A DNA stretch of 64,000 bases from Glycera tridactyla (taxonomy: Eukaryota), in contig OZ286462.1 in the NCBI GenBank assembly GCA_965644265.1, forward strand, positions 48,422,001 to 48,486,000, given 5' to 3'. This document shows, one piece after another, positions 38,201-50,200 of this stretch. The notes below the pieces were generated by a model. It made no database searches and had not been told where the DNA came from. It saw only the letters and a list, made by a program, of their open reading frames with translations. Positions within the stretch are counted from its first letter, which is position 1, and each line of letters begins with the position of its first letter. The position numbers were made by a program, and so were the translations under genes.

Positions 38201-41200
38201 TGTACTATCAGTCACAATTCATTCCAAGTATCTGTAATATGCCAGTTCACAAATTCTCTTCTATTCAAGTCTTTGAAAATGAATGCACTTCGATGCCGTG
38301 AGATCCGGACACAAGGATGATATTTGTATGTTGATTCCCCTCTCTGGCTGCATTTGCGTGATCTTGTAAGTCCTTTACACTTCTCTCAGCAGTGTTGTTC
38401 ACCTCAGTCAGATCACTCATGACAGCAGCCATCTCTTGGTAACAACCATCTCCATTCCATTGATCTGGAGGCAGGGCCAACCAGCCATTATCATATCCTA
38501 GCAGGGAAAATGGAAGCCAGGAACGTGGTCTGGGAAAAGATGCATTCGTGGTATCGTCAGCCTGGATTACTGTAGTCTCGCGCGTATACGCGCAGTGAGC
38601 GAAATCGTGACATCCATGGGAAAACCGGGGTGCGCGTACGTCCGAAGATGCGCGTATAGTAGTTTCGTGCAAACGTGCACCTTGTCGAAACTCTCTGTTT
38701 TTGCTTTATTCTTCGCCCTATCACGTGGAACGAAGCACTTACCAACACCCGGCCGCCATTTTTCTTGATGATGTAAATATTAACTTTATTTCTCCCATGA
38801 TGCTTTGCGCCTGCGAACCCTAGTCCCGACAGAACCGTCTGCGATCGAATATTTGTATGACACAAATAGAGAACGAGGTTGGGGTTGGAGGGAACAGGGT
38901 ACGCGATTAATATTTTTCAACATCTCCCATCATGCAATGCGCGGAGGAGACGGATACAACATGGCGATTCGTTGACAATGATAAGTAAAAAGATCGATTT
39001 CTCGTCCATTCTTTCGGGTTTCACACATTTCAACCGGGATTTTTCGAGGGTGTGCGTATGCGCGAGGACATGCGCGTATTCCGACATTTTGACGAAACGG
39101 GGGATGCGCGTTTGTCCGAACGTGCGCGTACACGCGCGAGACTACAGTATGTCAGTATAATGGCTCTTTCAGTGGAAATACCTGGGGTTTGGGAATGGCT
39201 AATAGTGAAGTAACCAATGCTTCTTTTTCATCATCAGAAACACTGCTGTCAAGGAGAGCCAGCACTATGTGGCTGGCTCACAGAGATACCATGAATGGCT
39301 TAATATGGATGCCTTCATTTGGCAAGCTAGAGCGCCATCAGTTGAGGAAATTGATAAACAAACATAAAGTTCTTATGTAAGATTATGGTATTTTCAGACA
39401 TGAACATCCTTAACCCATTTGGCGAACAATATCGAATCAACATCAAATCAATGTTGATCAACTGATATGACAACCAGATATAAAGACTAGTATATCAATT
39501 CATCTGAATATCGACCTAATATCAACAATATTTGGCAGCTTGGAGCAGTGTCAAAGTGTGTTAAATGAATCTTGAGACTTTGCATATTTACCTCATATTC
39601 AACCATGCCCAGCTATAGTTGAAGGCCCAGCCATGGTGCTGCGACTGACACTTGTGCCTCGAGGAATTATGCGGTGTGGAACAAAGCTATGAAATGAGCT
39701 AATGTTTAGTATAAATATCAATTGATCAACATTGGATTGACGATTCAATATTGTTTGCTGAATGGGCTAGAGTATTCATGTCTGAAAACACCATGAGCTA
39801 CAGACTGTATGTCTATCAACTTGCTTGTAGGCAACTGATGGCCCTCAAGCTCACCAAGTGAAGGCACCCATATTCCACCATTCACGGTATATCCATGAGC
39901 CACTTCTCTTTGACAGTGGTGTTTCTGATGATGAAAAAGCAGGAACTGGCAATGACACTGCAAGCCATCCCAAAACACCAGGTCTTTCCTCCAAGGAAGC
40001 CAATATTCCCTACTCATGTAATCCAGGCTGATGATACCACATTTGCATCTGTTCTCAGACCACGTTCCTGGCTTCTATTTCCCCTGCTAGGAAATGATAA
40101 TGGCTGGTTGGCCCTGCCTCCAGATCAATGGAATGGAGACAGTTGTTACCAAGAGACGGCTGCTGTCATGAGTGACTTGGCTGTGGTGAACAACACTGCT
40201 GAGAGAGGTGTAAAGGACATACAAGGTTACACGAATGCAGCCAAGCCAGAGAGGGAAATCAACATACGAATATATCATCTTTGTGTGTCCAGATCTCACA
40301 GCATGGAAATGCATTCGTTCTCGAAGACTTGAATAGAAGAGAATTTGCGAGCTGGCATACAGATACATGGAATGAATTGTGACTGATAGTACAAAATATG
40401 TATATCAACGTGATGAAAATCAAGGGTCATGTATCAAGAGAATGCTCCTACTTGCCAGAGCCAAACTAGATGCAATCAGTGATTGCGAGTGCCCCGCTGA
40501 CTGCGCAGTTGGTTATGCTATGCTTCAGTATTCCCAAGCATATACTATGCAACACAGTCATTATGGTAGTGCTCTCTCCCTCCCACTTCTCTGCTGGCCT
40601 GAACGACAAATGACCTTCTCACCCTCAGGTAACCTTGAAATCCAATAAAGCCGACCGAAATAAAATCACCTAGTGACGCTGAAATATAACATAGCAAAGC
40701 CAAAATCAAATCAGTTCTGTCTCATGGTATTGTGAATGCACACGTCGAGTTTCAATTAGATAGCTGCATTCATTGTGATGTTATCGGCCGGAAACCACAT
40801 ATGACCTTTTTGCACTCAGGTGACCTTGAAATCCGATGTAGCAAACCCAAAATCAAATCATTTCTGTCTCATGATATTGTGAATGCACCCGTCGAGTTTC
40901 AATAAGATAGTTGCATTCATGGTGAAGTTATCGGCCAGAAACCACATATGACCTTTTTGCACTCAGGTGATCTTGAAATCCAATGTAGCAGACCCAAAAT
41001 CAAATCATTTCTGTCTTTTGGTACTGTGAATGCACCTAACGAGTTTCAATAAGACGGTTTTATTGATTATGGAGTTATTCCCCGGAAACCACATATAACC
41101 TTTTTGCACTCAGGCGACCTTGAAATCCGATGTAGCAAACCCAAAATCAAATCAGTTCTGTCTCATGGTACTGTGAATGCACACGTCGAGTTTCAATTGG

Positions 41201-44200
41201 ATAGCTGCATTCATTGTGATGTTATCGGCCGGAAACCACATATGACCTTTTTGCACTCAGGTGACACATATAACCTTTTTGCACTCAGGCGACCTTGAAA
41301 TCTGATGTAGCAAACCCAAAATCGAATCAGTTCTGTCTCATGGTACTGTGAATGCACACGTCGAGTTTCAATTAGATAGCTGCATTCATTGTGATGTTAT
41401 CGGCCGGAAACCACATATGACCTTTTTGCACTCAGGTGACCTTGAAATCCGATGTAGCAAACCCAAAATCAAATCATTTCTGTCTCATGATATTGTGAAT
41501 GCACACGCCGAGTTTCAATTAGATAGCTGCATTCATTGTGATGTTATCGGCCGGAAACCACATATGACCTTTTTGCACTCAAGTGACCTTGAAATCCGAT
41601 GTAGCAAACCCAAAACCAAATCAGTTCTGTCTCATGGTACTGTGAATGGACACGTCGAGTTTCAATTAGATAGCTGAATTCATTGTGATGTTATCGGTCG
41701 GAAACCACATATGACCTTTTTGCACTCAGGTGACACATATAACCTTTTTGCACTCAGGTGACCTTGAAATCCGATGTAGCAAACCCAAAATCGAATCAGT
41801 CCTGTCTTTTGGTACTGTGAATGTACTCACCAAGTTTCAATTAAATAGCTTTAGTCATTGTGGAGTTAGTGCCCGGAAACCACATATGACCTTTTTGCAC
41901 TCAGGTGACCTTGAAATCCAATGTATCGAACCCAAAATCGAATCAGTTCTGTCTTTTGTTATTGTGAATGTACACACCAAGTTTCAATTAGATAGCTTTA
42001 GTCATTGTGGAGTTATTGCCCGGAAACCAAAAAATCACGCACCCACGCACCCACTCACCCACGCACCCACTCACCCACGCACCCACGCACCCACGCACGC
42101 ACACTCATCCATAGCACATCCGCACAGAGGGTCAAGGCGAAAACATACTGCCCCGCTCGGGTAACCGAGGCGGGGCACAAAAACTGATCTTTCCACATTG
42201 TTTAGGTCATTCAGACAGTGAAGGAATGATTTTAGCACATGGTTTCTTTTATAAAGTTTGTTCTACTCTGCCTGATCTTCAATATGAGCCTACTCCCGAG
42301 TCTCTACTCCAATTTTGACTTTTTTCATATAGAGCTGGGCCGTCGTTGGGGAACGTAAACAAAAACGTCGTGGGGGGGACCAAAACTTCGCGAAATCGCC
42401 CGAAACTTCACAAACATGATTTTTAGGTCGAAGTGCATGCTCAAAAAATTGGAGAGCGTGTAATTCAAAAAAAGCCGTTTTTTGAAACACCTTACAAAAA
42501 CCACATCATCCACAAGATTACCGCATTCTCCCTAAATAGCGCCCCAACCCTCATAAGCAGCCCCCCCCCCCCCCCCCCCCTCAGAGGGAGGTAGAAGTTG
42601 TCAACTGGCTTTGACAGCCCCGGATGTTTGAGTTTCCCGCTCTTTCCGAGCCAGCAAGGAGGTCAGATCCAACATGGCGGCGCACATGGATGAAGATACC
42701 ACTCGATATTTACGATGTTTTTTGGCGAATATTCAATGGATTTTTGAGATTTAGACATGGATATCACACGATTTCATGCCAAGAAAATCATTTGCATGAT
42801 CGTTTTCACTGTGAGTTTGATATTTCTTGGGTCATTATCGCGGCAACTACGTGCACGAAACCTCGCGATTGACATGTCAAAGTGAGAGTGGTAAAGCAAA
42901 CGCCACTCTTTATTCAGCGAATATTTGTCATATCCTTGTGTTTTTTTCTACTATATGACACAAATAGAACCTGGGGAATACAATCAAATGTTTCTTTGAT
43001 ATTTCACCTGCCTTGAACAAATAACCGCCCCCTTTTTCAATTAGCAAGCTCCCGGGCGCTAATTAGGGAGAATATGGTAGTTGTGGTATACTGATGTTAT
43101 AGATGCATACTAAAATCTCAGCTGCTGCCATGTAGCAGCTATGAATTATGTCTAAATTAGCACATTATCAACCCAATATTATTATTATCATCATTATTAT
43201 CATTATTTACCTTCCAGATGCCATCAAATCAAAGTTATCTGGGGACCATTTCAACTGAAACAGAAAAATCATACATACAATCATAGGTTTCTTTCTAATG
43301 GAATTCAGCCTCCCACTCCATCCGAGACTAATTGTGGGTGTTTGTTGTATTCTCATAATCTTTGATAAAATATGACAAATATGATGAGAAAAAAGAGTTG
43401 GGAAAAGAAAGTTATGATAAGTGATAACTGAGGAAGAAATCCACAAGAAGAATGGAAATAAACTAAGAAACAAGCAAGATCAGGACCAGGACACTTGAAA
43501 TTCATTATTGGTTTCAGAAATATTCAGAAGCAATGGGGATTTATCAGTTTCTTCAACTGTTGAAAAGGTTTTATTTTTGTAAAGATAAATAAATTGCCAC
43601 AACATAGTTGAGTGATGAATGATATTTCTTTCATGGTGACTATACAAGACATTGACAACATCATCTGAAGGGTATTACAAAATGTGGATATAATTTGAGG
43701 GCAAGAAGCAAAATTTCTGAGATTTTCTGGGCCGAAGTCTATATACTTTTCTATAAAGTTGATCCATGCATCTACTTTCCCTGGAATCACCATCACATCA
43801 ACTCCAGGATGTTGAGATAGATGAAAAACAGTTACAACAGCTGGGATCAATCCAGGATTATTTCTTATCCTTGACTTCTGGGAGTACCCATGATGTCTAG
43901 AATAGATCTAGCATATTCCGATGACAGTGGAACCTGATCAACAGCCACTATACAAAGGCCACTTGACTATATGAATTCTTGAAGCTTGACATTTCTTATT
44001 CAACAGCGAGAATCATGAACCTCTCGATAAAGGCCACCTTTCTACAAAGGTCACTTTTTCATGTGACCAAGGATGGTCTTTGTAGACAGGTTCAATTGTA
44101 CTTACTGAGTGGATCAGCGGTCCCAGTACTAGGGCACTATCTGCACATCTGCCAGTAACCACGATGTCAGCACCAAGCTCCAATGCTCGAGATATAGCGC

Positions 44201-47200
44201 CAGCACTAAGCAGAAAATAAGGTTTGAATCAGTATCAAGATAACACCATTAATAAATAAAAGATCACATCCTGTGGTAGTCCAAACAGGATCAGATGAGC
44301 TAAGATAAGAAACAGTTATTTATCCAGGTATGCTAAGGTCAATAATCATATTGCAAAAGCAATGCATTAGCTATCACACCTATTCTCCCCACTTTTACCT
44401 GGTCACTGGTTTTGAGATACTATTTGGAATTTCAATTTATTACCTTTACATCTCAAAATCATATACTGCTCAAATTTGAATTAATTCAGTTGCACAATTA
44501 TCACAGAGCGATGTGAGATAAATTTCACATTTGGGATCAAAATATCATCTGAAGATTTTTGTTGATTTTGGATATGTTATGATACAAATATTCTCAGTGC
44601 AATGATGTCATTGGATCAGAATTCTGCTTCATGCCTTGCATATGCCCAAAATGCCCATACATCATCTTCACAGATAATACAAGTCTGCTTTTACACAATC
44701 TTGAATACTTATTGATGAAATCATGATTCCTGTATCTCCATTGAACACTGCAGAAGAAAATGATACAGTTGAACTTGTCCTAAGCCAGATTTATACAGAT
44801 ACTAGGCAAGAAATTGCTCTAGGCATCACGTTTCTGTTCTTTATGCCAGAATATTTTTCACTATAATTGATTTTCCACTTATTGATGCAACTGAAGGTGG
44901 CCTTTAAAGACAGGTTCGACTGTGATGAGAAATCTTGTTCATCCTAGGTTATATTAGCAACCTCAGTTTAGCCATAGGAAATACCACACCAAATGGGAAA
45001 ACTTTACATTGAGCATAAGGTCTGTGCAGCTCTATAGACAATAGACAATAGACAAACCTTTATTTATAACAGGCGAAGACAGTACAGTCATGCAGCTTAC
45101 AGAGTAGGAATAATAGTGCTAATAATGATATTTAGGCCAGGCGGCCTAATCTAACACTGTAACCTGTTTTCAAAAATTGGCAGGAATAAGATATATAGTA
45201 TGTGGTTTACTCTGGTTTTTCACATTATACTTTCAGGATCCAAAAACTATTTTATAGGAGGTATGGTGACAAGACTAATAACCAACATGTAACCAGATAT
45301 TCTCCAGATGGTCACTCAGTGTTCACAGTAGTATATATAATGGTAATCACTACTTATATTCAGCTTGGCTTTTGATGGCACAAGAATTCGACTCAATGTG
45401 TATGAAGTATACATCCTACAAAATGATCAAGCAGATGTCTCAAGGTATTTTCTGGTATATTCATTTTTGAACCTATTCACAGATGGTAGGTTTCGTATTT
45501 CTGGATCAATATCATTCCAGAGTTTCGCCCCAAAGTAGGATAACGCCTTTTTCCCTTGTAGGGTTCTCATTCTATCAAGAGACAGGTTATTACTGGTATT
45601 CGCCCTGGTCTGCAAACCATGTGTGTAGTCAAGGGTTCTCATAGTATGACAAAAATATAACGATTCAATACGGTTAGTTCTGAGTTTGAACATGCATACA
45701 GCAAGATGAAGTTTTCTCCTTTCTGACAGATAGTGCAGACTCAATGACTCATGCATTGCTGATGCAGAGGATCTAGGTGGCTCATTTAAGATAATTCTGA
45801 AAGCCCTATTCTGAAGTACTTGTAATTTATACATCGTATCAGCATTTGCATTGCAGTAGATTAAGTCACAATAATCAAGAAGTGGTAGTACCAGGCTCTT
45901 GTACAACAGTAGAGATGTTTTCTGGGGGACAAAATGTCTTGTCCTTTTCATGAGTCCTAACTTACGCTTTGTTTTGTTACAGATATGGTCCACATGCTTT
46001 GTAAAAGTCAGATTTTTGTCGAGCCAAATACCAAGATACTTTAAGGTATCAACCTGTTCAAGTAATGTATCTTGAAGTTTCAAAATTAGGTTTGTAGCAC
46101 CTTGGTAGTACTTATTTCTGATGACCATTGCTTGTGTTTTTTGCACATTCAAAGTTAATCTGTTACAATATAGCCACTTTTCAACAGCATCTAGATCCTC
46201 CTGCAATGCCAGTTGAACATCATTTATACAACTTCCCGAGACATACAAAACAGTATCATCTGCATACATTGCAACCTTTGAATGGATCAACGTGGATGGT
46301 AAGTCATCAATATATATAATAAATAGCAGGGGTCCCATAATGGAGCCTTGAGGAACCCCACATTTTATTTCTCTGCATGAAGATGATTTCCCTTTAAAAC
46401 AGGATATTTGTTTTCTGTCTTTAAGATAATCTCTCGCCCAGGCGTTCGCACTACCAACCACCCCATATTGTCTGAGTTTTTCTGCCAATATGTGGTGTTC
46501 AACAGTATCAAACGCCTTTTTGAGGTCTAAAAAAACAAGGCCAGTGACATGATTTTTGTCAAGTTCATGGTATATTTGATCCAAAATTTCCAGTGTACAT
46601 GTCTCTGTAGAGTGCCCTTTACGGAAACCATGCTGGTTTGGATCCAACAGGCCATGACCAGCAAAGAAGGCATATAGTTGATCATGGATTATTCTCTCAA
46701 CTATTTTTCCCATGATGGGTAGGACAGATATGGGTCTATAGTTACTTAAATCAGCTCTATCACCATTTTTGAACAAAGGGGTGACTCTTGCAATTTTCCA
46801 AGCGTCTGGTATAACACTGGAATTAATACAGCAATTAATCAAATGTGTTATAGGGGGGGCAATTACAGTATGGGCTATTTTATAAAATCTTGGATTGATT
46901 CCATCTATGCCAGTAGACTTTGTTGCACTAATTTTAGACAATAATTTTTCAATTTCTTTGATGTGTACCATTTCAAATCTAAACAAATTCACACCAGAAA
47001 TAATGTCTGAGATATTTGTATGATCCACATTCGTGAATTTGGTGGCTAATTTCTCCCCAACACTACAAAAAAATTCATTGAAATCATCAGCAATGTCTTG
47101 TGGATCATCCTTTCCATTGATTTCAACAGCATCAGTCTTTTGGCATTTCGTAGAGGGAATCAAATTTCTCAGGATTTTCCAAAGTTTTCGACAATTGCCT

Positions 47201-50200
47201 TTATTTTCTTCAATTGCATCAGTGATAAAACTTCTTTTGAGGTCACGGCCAAGAGTTACTACTTGATCTCGTATCACTTTAAATTGATCCATGAGATCTT
47301 TATTCATATCACGATTTGCCTCTCTTTTCACATTTTTACGGAGGTCAATCATGGATATGTAATCATCATTAGCCCATTCCGGTAATCTACCCTGAATCTT
47401 CATCTGTACATATGGGGCATGCTTATCACAGATTTCTCTAAAAGAGGTAAGAAACAAATCCCAGATCTTGTTTGGTTCATGTTCTTGCAAAAGATCATTC
47501 CAGTCAATGTTTCCCACATCAGTAATAAACGCATTAGAGGAAAAACCTCGTAATCTTCTGGCTCGTATGAAATTGCTGACCTCCTTCTTCTTCTATGACA
47601 ATAGATCATACAATGATCACTCAAACCCAACTCAATCACTCCAGTGTTCTGTATAACTTCATGCCTGTTGGAAAAGCATAGGTCAATACATGTTTTTGTC
47701 TCAGTGGTAATTCGCGTTGGTTCATTAATCAATGGGAGAAGGTCATATGCATATTCAAGGTTTTTCAGAAGTCTACATCCTCTGGTATGTTGCTTGAGAT
47801 AGTCTATATTGTAGTCACCTATCAAAAACAATTCAGGATTCAAAACATGGGTAGATGTGTCTAATAGTCTCACTAGAGTTTCATAAAATTTAGAGAGATT
47901 TCCATCTGGTGGTCTATAGATAGAAAAACACATGACAGGTCTTGTATTCTTCTGGATAATTTTTACACTTGAAACTTCAATATCCTTATCACTTACATTC
48001 AAATTTTTCTCTTCTCTGAAATTAATGCTGTTCTTTATGTATGCGAGTAGACCACCTCCCTTTGATTTTGTGGTTAAGTCTGCTCTGTCAAGTCTTACAA
48101 TTACATAATTGTCAATGGATAGTTCTGAGTCATCAATGTCATCAGTAAGGAAAGTTTCAGACAGATACATAATATCCATTTTGGTCCTAAAAAGTAGCAA
48201 TTTAATTTCATCCAGTTTAGGTAACAAATAGTGCACATTCAAGTATCCAATTTTCATTCCTTTGTGTTCGTTTATATGGCTTAGATCTAACATAACAGCA
48301 ACAAGCAATGTTCAGTCACAGAAAGCTTCAGACTATACCAAGGATAGAGACATCTCAATAGATCAGTGTTACCATCTGTAAGTATACACAGTATAAAGAC
48401 ACATTCAGATATTCCAATGATGATACAGTAGTTGAGCCATGTTTTCAGCATGGTAGTGCCATGGCATTCCCCATCTGTCGATTTACACATCAAATAGACA
48501 CATCTGGATACCGTCTTGTTAATACAATAGATTTGCCCTATTTTTAGCATGAAGGTTCCATGGTATTCATCAATAACTGGTATTCTGTAAACCAGCGCGC
48601 TTGTAGTGGACAAAGAGAAGGGAACAAAAGGAGTTTTGGTTAGAGGCATTTTCTAGTCCGTATACTACCAAAAATAGTTGATTAGAAGAATAGGTGGCAG
48701 TCAAACAGCAGAGATCTATGCCAATAGCACATCAAGGGAATCTTAGGTATGAATCCATTGTCAGAATCAATGTTCAAATTTAAATTTAAATAAGAATCAA
48801 ATATACTGAAAATTAATGAAAATTAATGGCGTAGGAGTGACAGACAAGGAGGTCGCCAAACATCTTCAGTTCTGGCACTCCTACACGACTATATAAATGA
48901 TAGGTAACCAAGAACGTATTCGTGTCTGGCATGGGAGGGGGATGTATCGGAAATAGAAAATTAGTCATAAGATGGAACCAGGTGCATATTTCACGATCGC
49001 AGGTTCTGCGTATAAAGAGCGTATATCATCTTCGCATCAATCAATATTCGTGTCGCCAAATTAGGCTGATAACCACCAATGGGCGCTGTTGTCTTAAGAA
49101 ACACTAGCGATCATGGTCGATAGTTTATTCGTAGAGAGAAAACTCCGTCATTAAATTACAAAGCGGGTGTTGGGCCAAGGCAGGCATCCATCTTGACCGA
49201 TAAGCCGAGATCTTATAATACGGGCACGCTCATTGGCTGGTTCAAATCCGGCCGACCAATCATGGAGCAAGACGGCCTCTTCGGCTTTTCGCTGGCCGCG
49301 CAAGGCATCACGGTAGATCTGATGGTCTCGACTCCTCATTAGAAGTAGTTCCGACGGTCTCCATCTCGAGGCTATGATTTCATAGCAAACGAGTGCAAGA
49401 ATTTTCGTCTTTCTAGTTCAAATTAAATACAACAAAGTAGAAAAACAATGGTGCGCGCATGTTATTATACATATTCCTTACTAGTATTACAGGATTTCGG
49501 TCAAAAAAGATGCTATTCTAAAAACAGCTGGTACTCGAAACATCGACTTGTCCGGGGGGTGGGGGAGACTAGCTATAGTTCATTCCTGTTATATTTTATC
49601 ATTGCATCTATAGACTGGGAATAGAACGAAGCAAAATTTCACAAGAAAAATTCAAATGGACGTTTCGTCCAGAATCTCATTGGAGGAAAAATCGAGCGAT
49701 ATCTATCGAGTTGTAAGCCTTACACAAATGTATAGGGGAGGGCTGAGATTGGAATCATCATTATTCATTCCATGTTCTTGGTAGTGATTCCAAACAAATT
49801 GCATATGTAGCTCACAAATCCATAGAGAGAGGTTGAGAAGCCAGTAGAGGTAATAAGCTGTGCATGCTAGAGGAGATGACCAATGATATTACTAATTTTA
49901 GTTAAAAAACTGGACAGAGTTTTATTGCAATGAGAGTCATTTGGATGTCTAGATTCAGTAGAGAAGTGACATATTACAAGGAAAAATGACATATTACAGG
50001 GTCATGGCATTTTCAGGTGTTGTGACATTGGATGGTTGTTGTTGTTGATTGTTGTTACCATCACCAATGATATTGTATAGATCTTCAGGCTTTCTCATTA
50101 TAATTCCTCTAGAGGTTGGAGTCTGAGAAAAGAACACTTGACCATCATTTGTCCAGCACTTACCAATCCTCCTCCTCTTAAACTCCTGTCTGCACAAATA

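Larger units (their letters stand above)
37814..42494. mobile_element. Non-autonomous foldback hAT (hATm-like) element made of two inverted transposase 3' ends, in AtuA intron 7
   Basis: TIR TAAGGTGTTTCAAAAAACGGCTTT at both ends and a perfect 8-bp TSD CAAAAACC (37806-37813 / 42495-42502). Both arms carry the transposase C-terminus (RSWL...WLALPPDQW...VNNTAER). Confidence 0.88.

Noticed and set aside
40690-42030. Regular array as a possible CRISPR
   Set aside because: The whole 147-bp unit is repeated with no unique spacers, there are no cas genes, and the context is a eukaryotic intron.
41104-42164. ORFs with repeated [17 protein letters not shown] peptides
   Set aside because: 147 is a multiple of 3, so the satellite unit keeps frames open; there is no evidence of coding.
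48831-48884. Possible hammerhead or HDV-like ribozyme (CTGAAGA on the minus strand inside a hairpin)
   Set aside because: No GAAA/UH hammerhead core in the right order, and no GG for P1.1 or J4/2 of an HDV fold; kept only as a hairpin.
49239-49249. GGTTCAAATCC, a tRNA B-box-like motif
   Set aside because: No A-box at suitable spacing and no cloverleaf; it lies between two CCAAT boxes.
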